Positions 1 to 12,429 of a stretch of 64,000 bases of DNA are shown here, in pieces. This DNA is from Octopus vulgaris (lineage: Eukaryota). Numbering within the stretch: position 1 is the stretch's first letter; every line of letters begins with the position of its first letter. The notes below the pieces were generated by a model. That model worked only from the letters and a program-made list of their open reading frames with translations. It ran no database searches and was not told the DNA's origin. The stretch covers positions 55,800,001 through 55,864,000 of the forward strand of contig OX597830.1 in assembly GCA_951406725.2 (NCBI GenBank), in the 5' to 3' direction. The translations under genes were made by a program, and so were the position numbers.

Positions 1-3
1 GTC

Positions 4-77
4 CTGAGGAGAAGATTGCATTGTTTATACCATTTATTCTTTTGAATAGTATCAGTGGAATTTTCGAAACATGTGTC
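4..77 (+). ncRNA. Hammerhead-ribozyme-like motif (type I topology) with long stem II, probable PLE terminal repeat
   Basis: CTGAGGA (4-10); stem II GAAGATT/AATTTTC, CATTG/CAGTG, ATAC/GTAT, TATTC/GAATA with TTTT loop; then GAAAC-ATGT-GTC (66-77). Followed by an AT-rich tail and (TA)n. The 5' strand of stem I is mostly outside the window. Confidence 0.6.
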
Positions 78-124
78 GAAAGTAAAAGTATTTGATTACA
101 CCTGCGTTAAACATTTATTTATTC

Positions 125-177
<53 letters not shown>

Positions 178-242
178 TAACTGCCCGGATGTTTTGTTGT
201 GTCTCTCTTGTTAAGTTCTTGTTCCATTTTTTGTTTACTTTA

Positions 243-631
243 TCTCTATATTATAAATCTGAAATGTGAAAAGTTTGTTTGTTTGTCTGGTTTTGGCATT
301 GAGAACGGGTTAAAGGCCACTAGATCCCGTCGGATTAACTCCAAAATTTACAGGAACATGTAAAATGAGGTGAGGATGCCAGTGAGCTAGGTTAGAAATC
401 CCTATCTTAAAAGGTGTCGTTGCTAGGGCCAAAAACGCACTTTGACAAGTCTACTCTCATTCTTTTATGTATCTGTCTTCCTCCGTCACTCACTCTCTTT
501 CCTCCCTTCCCATCACTTTCTATATATAACGTTGTTTAACAGCGTCTGACTCCCCTTCACTTTCTCTTTATAACGTCATCAAACAGCGTTCTATATCTCC
601 CCCTCCCCGCCTTCGACAGCGCTTTCACACA

Positions 632-693
<62 letters not shown>

Positions 694-787
694 GTCTGTC
701 TGCATTCATAGACAGAATTATCATCGCCACCACCACCACACAATCATAAGAACAAATATTATGAATCAGATATTTATTGGGTTAATT

Positions 788-829
<42 letters not shown>

Positions 830-1091
830 CTATATATAAATATGTATATTAAACTTTTTTATACTTTTTGATAGTTATATATATATATTTTAAATTATAA
901 ATATAAATTAATAATTTTAATTTTAAATTTTATATTTTATATATTTTGTATATTATATTTTTATTTTTATGTTTTCATTTATGTTTTTCACTGTTTGATT
1001 TGCCTAATATTGGTTTTATCTCTAATTTAATTTATTTGTATACATTTGTATATATAATGCGTACACACACACACACATATATATATAATGC

Positions 1092-1124
<33 letters not shown>

Positions 1125-2275
1125 GTGCGCATTATGTGGTCGGTTGTGCTGAAAATATGCACACCTATGTTAAAATTGCTGGCGAGTTTGCATGGCAACT
1201 ATTTTTTTCCTCAAATGAAAGGTGTGACCTCTAGGAAAAAATTCCTCATCTTATAAAATGTGACCCGAGTAGACCCGAATGAAATCGGGTTATATTAACC
1301 AAAATGTGAAAAGAGGTCTATTGGGGCTTGAAGGGGATTAAAATTTACAGGAGCAGGTGTTTAAGAATTCTCTGTTACATGAAGCTAAAAAATTGGCGCC
1401 AGCCTTTAAATCGTCAATGTGTTGCCGTCCATGATGAAGTTTTGAATGCTTGCCATGGTGAGTCTACTGTCGTGAGAAAGAATCACTTCAAAGCTTGGTG
1501 TTTAGGAATTTTCTTTCACATCAAGTTCAAAATTTTACGCCAGCCGTTAAACTGACACTATGTTACTGTCCGTCGTTAAGAAATGCCAGCCATGGTGACT
1601 TTACTATCCTCAGATTCTATCCTTTCAACTTTGGTTTCCAATATTTTTTTTTTTTTTATTCAGCTCGCAAGTTCGTCTGTCCCTTTTAAATGTTAGTGTT
1701 TTGCTTTCTGTCTTGAAGCAGACCTTTCCGTTGTCACTACTTTCTTTCTCAACTTACTCAAGATCTTTTGTTGTTTATAAATGGGAGAGAGATAGATAGA
1801 GAAAGATAGAGAGTAAGAGAAAGCGAGGGAGAGTCCGAGAGAAAGGAAGAGTAAGAGAGTGGGAAAGGGAGAGAGAAACAAACAGGGAGAATCATCATCA
1901 TCATCATCGTTTAACGCCCGTTTTCCGTGCTAGCACGGGTTGGACGGTTTGACCGGGGTCTGGGAAGCCAGGAGGCTGCACCAGGTTCCAGTCTGATCTG
2001 GCAGTGTTTCTACAGCTGGATGCCCTTCCTAACGCCAACCACTCCGTGATTGTAGTGGGTGCTCTTTTCGTGCCACCGGCACAGGTGCCAGGGGGGAGGG
2101 CACTGGCAGCGGCCACGATCGGTTGGTGCTTTTTACGTGCCACCGCCACAGAAGCCAGTCAAGGCGGCGCTGCCATCGGCCATGTTCGGATGGTGCTTTT
2201 TACGTGCCGAAAGGATGCAACAGAAAATAACAACCACACTCTTACCCGCGCGTAGAGCGCGTCACCTTAAGCTAG
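243..2275 (+). mobile_element. Non-autonomous Helitron-like element, interrupted by a SINE/RTE-tail insert at about 1891-2207
   Basis: Starts A|TCTCTATATTATAAA; ends with a GC hairpin (CCCGCGCGTAGAGCGCG) followed by CTAG|T. Its 3' part is repeated at 50645-50999. Confidence 0.6.
1891..2207 (-). mobile_element. SINE/RTE-tail repeat (family B, (GAT)n tail)
   Basis: Reverse complement of GAGTGGTTGGCGTTAGGAAGGGCATCCAGC...CATGCTAGCA...GTTAAACGATGATGAT. More than 15 related copies in the window. Confidence 0.8.
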
Positions 2276-3312
2276 TTTATATATATATATATAAAGAAAA
2301 CAAAAAATGGAACAAGAACTTAACAGGAGAGACACAACAAAACATCCGAACAGTTAAACGATACAAAAAAAGGACAGGAAAAAACAAAGACGGGTCATTC
2401 GGAGTTTCCTATCCTCAGTCGAGTTTCAGATCATCATGGTAGTTTTGGCCAGGCGTATCTTTATGGTCTGAAAACAAAGACTCAGTTCATAGAATGGCAG
2501 CACACACACACACGCACACACACGCACACACACACGCACATAGACATATACATACAAGTACGTACGTATGTATGTATGTATGTATGTATGTATGTATGAA
2601 TGTATGTTTGTATTGGCTGCATATGCAAACAAGAACGACCCATCCAAGTATGTATTCATATTTCCATGCAATTGTGCATGTATGTATGGATGTGTGCATG
2701 CGTGCATGCGTGCATGCGTGAATTCATGTATGCGTTCATGTGTATGGATTGATGGGTGGTGGATGGAAGGATGACATGACGGATGGTTGGATGGATGGAT
2801 GGATGGATGAATAGGTGTGGCTGAATATATGGGGGAAATAGACACCCAGTACCTGCGGATGTATACTTTAATATTTGATATTTTTTAATCAGCAGAAAGT
2901 TGTTTATGTAAATAAATATGTACGTATGCGCGCTCGCGTAATATGATCAGCATACAAAGAATTATATCAACACACACATATTAAGATACGCGCGCACCTA
3001 TTTATGTATACAATTAGAGAAAGAGAGAAAGAGAGCGAGGGGGGGCGAGCAGAAGAGAGAGAAAAAGTGTGAGAGAAGGAGTGGAGAACACTGTGGAGCA
3101 ATTTCGAATTGATATGTCAATAAAATGTCAAAAGGTCAAGAGGTCATACCTAGTCAAATGTCAACCATTCTCTCTCTTCCTCTCTCTCTCTATTTCCTCT
3201 CATGCTCTCCCTTTCCCTCTCTCTTTCTTTCTTGTCCCAGCATCTCCTTTACTTACTGCCATCTACACAGTCCACCCATAAATACACACACACACACACA
3301 CGCGCGCGCGCA

Positions 3313-3499
<187 letters not shown>

Positions 3500-3960
3500 A
3501 TATGTTTGACATAATTCTGCACAGGCTTATTAGCAATCAAGTGGGTGTATCTATATATCATTTCAACTTGTGTTTTTGTAAGGTTGATATCAAACGTATT
3601 TATATTCCTCTCCTCACCACGACGCATCTCGCCACATTACAACTCTGCGCTATATTTAAAAGTAACCAGGATATCACACGGCTTTGACCCCCGATCGCGC
3701 CGGGTCGGGCCAAGGACTTGGCCCACGGCTGCATTGATAGCTGACTACATACAGCATCACCTCACATCGCAACAACACGCGAGGTGACAATTATCTGCAT
3801 TAAAATTTCCACCAAACCACCACACCAATACCACCGACACTACCAACAACAGTGACACCATACAAAGCGAACACCAGGCAGAACTAATATTAGTCCGCGA
3901 TATGTAATAATAAGAGCTAAGTGCCCCAACATCGCATCCCCAACGGGCGACAACTATCTA

Positions 3961-3968
3961 TATATAAA
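3961..3968 (+). promoter_or_regulatory. Possible TATA box upstream of the ACE-like gene
   Basis: TATATAAA about 460 nt before ATG 4427, downstream of a CpG-containing patch (about 3690-3790). TA runs are common here, so this is weak. Confidence 0.2.
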
Positions 3969-4426
3969 GGATATCCACATTTCAGGATCTCACACACTCG
4001 CGCACATGATGTTGGCAGAACACAACTATTAATTTAATTTTACGGAACTCTTCCAGTGTCATACAACAACCGCCGAAACTCCTCCCACAGCAGACCAGAG
4101 TTGTTGTACACACAAAACTACATAAATAATGCATCAGACAAACATCTAGACTACACTATCAACAATCAAACAATACTAAATACCACCCCAAACTACAATC
4201 TTACACCATACGCCTCTCTCTAGACTATATATATATATATATATATTACATTAAGTTGTCCTGCATGCTTCTATCTAGAGCGAAACGACAACGGTAAACA
4301 GTCACAGACGCAACTTCTCAAGAACACAAACTCAGAGACACTTTGCACACAGACAGAAACAGAAAGATAGACACTCATTTTTTCGTTCATTCACTAACAT
4401 ACACTTGACTGTGATCCGAAGTTAAA

Positions 4427-4612
4427 ATGATCTCAGCAAAGGGGTTAGTGCTAGCTCTGTTGTTGTTGGGGCTTTCGGGACAAACATATGCGTTGCAACC
4501 AGAGAAATGGCTGGAGGATTTCTCTGAAAGTTTGCAAAAACTTTACCAGTCTTCTATTAAAACTATGTGGGATTACGAAAGTGATTTGACAGACGCCAAT
4601 CAAGAAAAAATG
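4427..4612 (+). CDS. ACE: ACE-like exon 1 (signal peptide MISAKGLVLALLLLGLSGQTYA...WDYESDLTDANQEKM)
   Basis: ATG, hydrophobic signal peptide, ACE-like W-x-Y motif. Donor gtaaac at 4613, phase 0. Confidence 0.85.
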
Positions 4613-5245
4613 GTAAACCAACTTTTCGCTTTCTTTTCTTTCCACTCACTCCGCATTTCTTCCCCGCTGCCACTAACATCATTATCGCATACCTTGATAC
4701 AATATTTTGTCTCTTTCTCTCTCACTTTTTCTTTCAAAATTTGAAAACTTTTATTACGTTTTTTTTTTTTTTACTGCTTTAGTTTGATTTGAAGCCCTTC
4801 GCAGCCAACTCCAGCTGGAGCGTTTACCTCACCGACTGTTTTAAGTAAACACCTCGTTCTATACATTCACACTGTCAACCTTCGTTTCCTTCTCTTATTA
4901 CTAATAGGTTATGAGGAAGGAAGCAATCAAGTCAAGCTGGCAATCAATACATGCATTGCTTCGCAGAGTCAACAAGGAAGCCTTGGCGTAGTTGCATGGG
5001 TTGTTAGAAATAACAGCCGAATCTCTTTCAAATCACATCAGAAACATGGTTCTCAGTTCCTTTGCATATTGGACAAACAGGAAACCGTAGCGTAATCACA
5101 CATGCTTGTTCGATCGGGGCTGACTTGACGGGAACCTCAATAAGATATCTCGATCTGCTAGGTGTAACAACCAGGTTTCCACTACAATACACGCAGTCCT
5201 TTAAAAAGGAAACAAAGGATTATGAAATCCTAGATACATTAATCA

Positions 5246-5365
5246 GCGGAGGTAAAGAATACGTACACCACCCGCTTTCGGTGTAACAAAAACCCTAACC
5301 GTAACCCTAATCCTAACCCTAAACCCAAACCCTAACCACCAGGTGTACGTATTCTTTACTTTCGC
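5246..5365. mobile_element. Small TIR element enclosing degenerate (CCCTAA)n telomere-like repeats
   Basis: GCGGAGGTAAAGAATACGTACACC / GGTGTACGTATTCTTTACTTTCGC inverted ends (22/24). About 7 degenerate CCCTAA units at 5292-5337. Confidence 0.6.
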
Positions 5366-5425
5366 ATATTTAATCCCATCTATACATGGTCAGTAGCTAC
5401 CTCAGTGATGTATATTCTCAGTAAC

Positions 5426-5647
5426 GGTACTACTTAAGAAGAGTGGTCCCGGTGCGCGCATCCGCACTAGCTAGTCGTGACTAGTCGATCCTACAGCGAC
5501 TACCTGGCAAAGTAAATAAACCACAAAATAAATAATTTTTTTACACAAAGTAAATAAAACACTAAGGATCGAGTAGTCACGACTAACTAGCGCGGATGCG
5601 TGAGTACGCGAGTGCGCGCACCGAGACCACTCTTCTTAAGTAGTACC
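5426..5647. mobile_element. MITE, probably Mutator-like (9-bp TSD)
   Basis: TIRs GGTACTACTTAAGAAGAGTGGTC..CGGTGCGCGCA plus inner inverted repeats. Flanks CTCAGTAAC (5417-5425) and TTCAGTAAC (5648-5656). Confidence 0.7.
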
Positions 5648-5737
5648 TTCAGTAACTGTTGCAAAACCGCGCGCGCACACACACACACACATTATATATA
5701 TATACATATATGTATATGCATACACACATATATATAT

Positions 5738-6145
5738 CATCATCATTATCATTATTTAGCATCCACTTTCCATGCTGGCATGGGTTAGACGGTTTGACTT
5801 GGACTTGGTAAGCCAGAGAGCTGTACCAGGCTCCAGTCTGATTTGGTCTGGTTTCTACAGCTGGATGTCCTTCCTAACGCCAACCACTTCAAGAATGTAG
5901 TGGGTGCCTGCACTGGCCACAATTTCACTTGACATTTCTTCTCAAGTACAGCAAATCTCCACAGGTTTCAAATCACTTATCATTGCTTCGATGAGACTGA
6001 AGATCTTGCTTCACTATCTTGTCCCATGTCTTCCTGGGTCTTCCTCTTCTTTACACGGCTGTCCTCATCCAGATGCATCACATGACCATACCAGGACATT
6101 CTTCTCTCTTGCACACCACATCTGATGCCTCTTATGCCCAATTTT
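5738..6145 (-). mobile_element. RTE-type LINE 3' end joined to family-B tail
   Basis: Minus strand reads a decayed RGRPRKTWDKIVKQDL-like RTE C-terminus, followed by the (GAT)n-tailed family-B sequence. Confidence 0.6.
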
Positions 6146-6349
6146 TAGTGGGAAATTAAGATAAATGCCAATATACATATATTTAGTTCTTTCAAATGTA
6201 ACACTGTTGCAGTTATCTGAATCTCAGTATTTACCATTCCAAGTGCATTTGGATGCTTATCCACAATGGATCAATAAGAGAAAAGTTTATTGCATTCTGT
6301 TACAGAGACCTAACCTCTGGATCTAGACACATGACAAGGTAATATCTAA

Positions 6350-6953
6350 GTATTTAGGTATTTCGCCTGTCTTTACCCTCTGAGTTCAAATTCTGCCAAG
6401 GTTGACTTTGCCTTTCATCCTTTTGGGGTCGATAAATTAAGTACCAGTTGTGTTCTGGGGTCGATCTAATCAATTGGCTCCTTCCCCAAAAATTTTGGGC
6501 CCTGTTCCTAGTGTAGAAAAGAATATTTGAGTATTTAGAAGGTGGCAAGCTAGCAGAAACGTTAGCACACCGGACGAAATGCTTAGTGTATTTCATCTGC
6601 CGTTACATTCTGAGTTCAAATTCCACCAAGGTCGACTTTGCCTTTCATCTTTTCGAGGTTGATAAATTAAGTACCAGTTACACACTGGTGTCGATGTAAT
6701 CAACTTAATCCCTTTGTCTGTCCTTGTTTGTCCTCTCTGTGTTTAGCCCCTTGTGGGTAGTAAAGAAATAGGTATTTCGTCTGCTGCTACGTTCTGAGTT
6801 CGAATTCCGCCGAGGTCGACTTTGCCTTTCATCCTTTCGAGGTCGATAAATTAAGTACCAGTTACACACTGGTGTCAATGTAATCAACTTAATCCCTTTA
6901 TCTGTGCTTGTTTGTCCCCTCTATGATTAGTCCCTTGTGGGCAATAAAGAAAT
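6350..6953 (+). mobile_element. tRNA-derived SINE family A cluster (partial copy plus head-to-tail dimer)
   Basis: GTTCAAATTCC B-box and GCCTTTCATCCTTTCGGGGTCGATAAA domain repeated three times. TSD-like AGAATATTTG(A/T)GTATTTAGAA around 6541-6953. Confidence 0.8.
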
Positions 6954-7278
6954 AAGAATATTTGTGTATTTAGAAAGGTAAGTAGAAAGAGAGCAAGCGG
7001 AGGACAGAAGACGTGGAAGAGAGCAAAAAACTAAATATAATAAACAGGATAAAAAGTAGAAGTATACTAGTAAGTAAAAATAGATAAAGCTAAAACTTAC
7101 TGTTTATCCTGACGTTCATCTTAATTTCCCATTAAACATCTTCTGTATATCATAACTAGTTAATAGTGCTAAGTACAGTGGTTGACAAATCACTGTACCT
7201 GAAGCTGACCAGATAATGGTAATCTATGTGGAGCTTTAACTCATACAGTTGTGGTTATACATCTAATTGTACACACTG

Positions 7279-7319
<41 letters not shown>

Positions 7320-7646
7320 CACCAAATAAGTTAGGGGTTGTGGATCCAACCCACTGTGTTTCTCCATTTTCTTATTTGTATTATAAATACAAATATGTGT
7401 GTGTGTGTGTATATATATATATCTATATATATATATATGTATGTATGTATAATACACTTGTTTGTTGTTTATACACCTGTCTTCATCTTTTGTTTTTCTG
7501 TAAATTTCAACTATATATACATATATGTGTATGTGTGTCTGTGTATGTGTGTGTATGTATGTATGTATGTATGTATATATACTCTCTCTTTTACTCTCTT
7601 TTACTTGTTTCAGCCATCCGGCTGAGGCTGAGGCCATGCTGAGGCC

Positions 7647-7679
<33 letters not shown>

Positions 7680-7820
7680 TGTGTGTCTGTGTATGTGTGT
7701 GTATGTATGTATATACATATATATAAATCATCATCATATGACATCAATTTTCCATGCTGGCATGGGGTTGGACTGTTTAACAGGAGCTGGCTAGGCGGAA
7801 AACGGCATATATATATATAC

Positions 7821-7854
<34 letters not shown>

Positions 7855-8038
7855 CTTGCTATGTAGGACCATTGAAATCTGCACAGATTTTCTCTCTTTT
7901 TCCTCTTAATCCTTTCTGTCAAAGAGTATAGGCTCGAAAACATAAAAGAATTTTCCATTTTTCCCGACCGTTAAACTAACACACCTACTTGCTTGTTCAT
8001 ACACCTGTCTTCATCTTTTGTTTTCTGTAAATTTGAAC

Positions 8039-8081
<43 letters not shown>

Positions 8082-8143
8082 AGCGCCATACTAATACAAT
8101 TGTTTGTTTGTTTCCCACCTGCCTTCGTCTTTTGTCTATTTTC

Positions 8144-8182
<39 letters not shown>

Positions 8183-8274
8183 CATGTATGTATATATACG
8201 TATGTATACACACACACACACGTTCCACACACGTACATAAACACACACACACACATATATAGTTACACATTTTT

Positions 8275-8581
8275 TATTCTTGCGCTTTTCAAGCCTATCC
8301 AGGCTCATGGACCCGGTTTCCCGGTTTCTGTGGCGAATGTGTTCCCCCCCAGCTGGACGGGACGTCAGTCCATCGCAGCGTTACCCAAGAAACAGGAAGA
8401 AAGAGTGAGAGAAAGTTGGGGTGAAAGAGTACAACATGGGTCGCCACCACTCCCTGCTGGAGCCTCATGGAGCTTTAGGTGTTTTTGCTCAACAAACACA
8501 CACAACGCCCGGCCTGGGAATCGAAACCGCGAACCTCCAACCACAAGTCCGCTGCCCTAACCACTAGGCCATTGCACCTCC
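8275..8581 (-). mobile_element. tRNA-derived SINE family D
   Basis: Minus strand GGAGGTGCAATGGCCTAGTGGTTAGGGCAGCGGAC...GGTTTCGATTCCC (A/B boxes). Related to 34916-35213 and 26059-26670. Confidence 0.75.
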
Positions 8582-8588
8582 ACTATTT

Positions 8589-8762
<174 letters not shown>

Positions 8763-9331
8763 TGCTTGCATGGTTCAGACAGAATTTAACAATGCTAATT
8801 TTCTACAGCCAGATGCCCTTCTTCTCAGTAACCCCCACCAAGTAAGGTAATACTTTCCCATAGCTAGACATGTTTTCTGTGGAAGACTAGAAAGGTAGAA
8901 CCCCCCCCTGTATAATGATAATGGTCATTTACAACCATCACACAATATAAAAACAACTGTACACACACATACACACACACATATAGCAGATCCCTATTAG
9001 TTTCCATTTACCAAATCTACTAACAAGGCTTCGGTCAGTACAGAGCTGTAGAAGAAGAAACACCCATGGTGCTACATGACAGGAACAAATACACAACTAC
9101 ATATTTGGAAAGCAAGCATTTCAACCAAACACCACATTTGTGTCAATTATACAACTATTTCATTTTTTTAATCAATAGATAAGTAAATACATACACTCTG
9201 GCTTAAGTTTAATTTGCCTGTTTGTGTCACCAAACCTATATATAAATATTTATTTCACTCTTACAAAATGAGTTGAATGCCTCATCATTTGTGTGTCCAC
9301 TTACTCTCTCTATATAAAAATATATAATGTA

Positions 9332-9730
9332 CTAGCAGTATCGCCCGGCGTTGCTTGGGTCTGTAAGGGAAATAACTATATAAGCATTTTTAGAGAGTTA
9401 TAGCCAAATAATAGCAAAAAAATGCATTAAAAATGGAAAAAAAATCAAGGTAAATTTTTTTTTTAAATCGTTGACACATCGTAGATATTTTTAGAGAGTT
9501 ACTTCCCTTATATAATAGCGAAAAAAATGCATTAAAATGGAAAAATATGATGGTAATTTTTTTTTAAATCGTAGACTCATCATAGACGCACGCTAATACC
9601 CAGAAGGGCTCGATATGAATCACGACTATAAGATACCCAGTTTTGGTTACACTGCACCGCAAAATGTGGGAGTAGTTAGGAATCTAAATCGTAGGAGACA
9701 GACACACAACTTCACTTTTATATACAAAGA
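9332..9730 (-). mobile_element. Non-autonomous Helitron (399 bp)
   Basis: On minus: 5' TCTTTGTATATAAAAG, 3' hairpin plus CTAG. Near-identical 399-bp copy on + at 46947-47345. Confidence 0.8.
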
Positions 9731-9758
9731 TATGTGTGTGTGTATATATACACATATA

Positions 9759-9898
9759 TAGTCATGACCAACAGTTTGGAACATAGGTCTGGAAATTAAA
9801 ATTTTTATATTGAATACCTAATGTTATATTTGAATTGAATGCCCTGGGCGTAACAATTTTATTTTTGAAAAAATGTTCCAAAGTTTTGACCACGGCTG
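9759..9898. mobile_element. Tc1-like MITE
   Basis: Degenerate TIRs TAGTCATGACCAACAGTTTGGAACA / TGTTCCAAAGTTTTGACCACGGCTG with TA flanks. Confidence 0.55.
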
Positions 9899-9978
9899 TA
9901 TATGTATATATAGATTTATAAAAATGTATGTATATAAATGTGTGTATATATATACATGTGTGTGTGTGTATATATATA

Positions 9979-10290
9979 GGTGAGAAAGTTGGTGTGTGAA
10001 AGCACGTGGTTGGATATATAGAAAATAGAAAAGAGTGAAAAAACTACAGAAGGCTTGTTTTATAAGGTTAAAGAATATATTTAAGTTATGTTAGAAGAAT
10101 GTTATAAAATTTTGCATATAGTAACATGTAGGTAAAGACATTTGAAAAATTTGAAAAGTTAACACGAAACCTGTAATTTCTCCAAAAACTATTTTACTAT
10201 ATGCAAAATTTTATAACATTCTTCTAACATAACTTAAATATATTCTTTAACCTTATAAAACAAGCCTTCTGTAGTTTTTTCACTCTTTTC

Positions 10291-10300
<10 letters not shown>
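9979..10300. repeat. Long inverted repeat (about 105-bp arms, about 70-nt spacer), PLE-terminus-like
   Basis: 10015-10124 is the reverse complement of 10194-10300. The spacer contains CGAAACCTGTA. Embedded in (TA)n. Confidence 0.85.
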
Positions 10301-10334
<34 letters not shown>

Positions 10335-10617
10335 ATGTGTGTGTGTGTGTATGTATATGTGTGTGTGTATATATATGTCTATATTTATATACATACATAT
10401 ATATATATATATATATGCACATAACATGAACAAATACACAACTACATATTTGGAAAGCAAGCTTTTCAACCAAGCACCACATTTGTGCCTATTATACAAC
10501 TATTTCATTTTTTTAATCAATATCGTCTTCTAAATGTTTCACGTTCTTGTCCCAGTTTGTATTTTTTTACATTTACATATATATATATAGAAAATAGTTG
10601 TATTTTTTTACATTTAC

Positions 10618-10651
<34 letters not shown>

Positions 10652-10654
<3 letters not shown>

Positions 10655-11032
10655 AAATAGTAAAAAGTGAAAAAACTACAGAAGGCTTAAAGGTTAAAAA
10701 ATATATATTTGAGTCAATATGTCTGAAGAATATTAAAAACTTTTTTCTTACAATGACATAATTTAGAAGAAAGTTTAGAAGAAAGACCGGTTTCGCGTTT
10801 AGCTTTTCAAATTTCTAACGACTTTGGAAATTTGAAAAGCTAAACGCAAAACCGGTCTTTCTTCTAAACTTTCTTCTAAACTATGTCATTGTAAGAAAAA
10901 AATTTTTAATATTCTTCAGACATATTGACTCAAATATATATTTTTTAACCTTTAAGCCTTCTGTAGTTTTTTCACTTTTTACTATTTTCTATATATTCAA
11001 CCACGTGCTTTCACAAACCAACTTTCTTATCT
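10652..11032. repeat. Near-perfect hairpin (about 165-bp arms, 5-nt loop), same family as 9979-10300
   Basis: 10652-10818 pairs with 10824-10990. Contains CGCGAAACCGGTC on minus. Tail 10990-11032 is the inverse of 9979-10020. Confidence 0.85.
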
Positions 11033-11688
11033 ATATATATATATACAAGGGGGGCTGAAAAGCTCTTGACTTTGCATAAAAGAAAAGACAGGAAAGTCAA
11101 TTAATTATGATTTTATTCAACATATTCCTGTCTCAGATTCACACACTTATTGCAGCAGTCCTTCAGTTTTTCTAAGTCCTGCAAAAGAACTCAGGTGATT
11201 GAGTCTCCAAGCAATCCTTTTGTAATACCCTTAAGGCCAGGAACTTTTCAACATTCCTTCATATGCATACATATATATACTCATTTACACAAACACACAC
11301 ACAAACATTCACATTCCTCCCTTTTACATGTACACACATATACTCACACAGAGTTGAAACACTGTTTGATTTTTGTTTCACCGTTGACTTTTCACCATCC
11401 CACTTCCAATGGTGGATCACTCCTTCCTTTCCCATTCATATATTGTAATGGAGAAATATGAAAAAGTATTATTATAGTAGAAGATACACAATGTTCTCTT
11501 TGCCACTTCCTCTCTCTCATTGCTATAACTTTCTCTCACTCCCTCTCAGTCACTGCTATTACTCTCACTACTTCTCCTTCACTGAATTACTATTTTCTCT
11601 TCTCTCCCTTCACTCCTACTGCATGATTTTAGACAAATATATATACAAATATATAAAAACACTACACTCATTATTATATTAGGAGATA

Positions 11689-11720
<32 letters not shown>

Positions 11721-11789
11721 AGAAAAAAGAAATGTAAAAGTCACAGAAAGTTTGTATAATAAAGTTTATGGTAATATTAGGATCATATT

Positions 11790-12380
11790 GCATCATTACA
11801 AATTAAATAGAATTCCCCGTGCTACAGATATAGTCTTTCTGGCAGCCCAAGCATCTGATTATGTAGATCAGATTTTCGTATGCACAAGTGAAATTTAATT
11901 TAATTGTAAAGTATTACCCTTGTTTAAAATAGTATTCTGACCCTTCCAAAAGGTTAGAGCATGTACCACAGTTGGGGTGATTACATTTTTTTACTTTGGG
12001 GCTTGTGGAGAGGAATAATTTTGCATTAGTTAGCAGTTTCTTTAAGGACTTAGGTTGTTTGTTGCTTTTGACAATTTTAATGTCATGTAAAATTCTTTTT
12101 CGTTTTGGGTCCTTGTGTAGTATTGGTAGGGTTTGTATGATTGTGCTGAATGCTTCTTTGTTTCTGGGGTTGTTTGTGGAAATGTAGGGTAGTGTCTTAA
12201 GGAGAGGTTTTCCTTAATGTCTTTGGTTTTTCCTAATGTTACAGTGTTGATAGATTTGGTACGTTTAATTCCTTCATTAATGAGTTGGATTGAGTAGTGT
12301 CTATCCATGTGGATGTTTATCAGTTCTTGTAGTCTTAAGTCTCTAGTTTTTTTATCTCTGAAACAATAGTGCAGATTCTT
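11790..12380 (-). mobile_element. Decayed Penelope-like retroelement (RT C-terminus, Cys finger, GIY-YIG start)
   Basis: Minus translation with frameshifts: RDLRLQELINIH...INEGIKRTKSI...PYISTNNPRN...KQPKSLKKLLTNAK...CNHPNCGTC...FTCAYENLIYIIRCLGCQKDYICST. Confidence 0.75.
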
Positions 12381-12429
12381 CAGTTTCCATCTACCAAATC
12401 CACTGACAAGCATGTGAGGAGTGTTCAAC

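Noticed and set aside
2385-2425. Hammerhead at CTGAGGA-TAGGAAACTCC-GAAT (minus), also 43341-43365
   Set aside because: GAAA is replaced by GAAT and there is no convincing stem I or III; not counted as a ribozyme.
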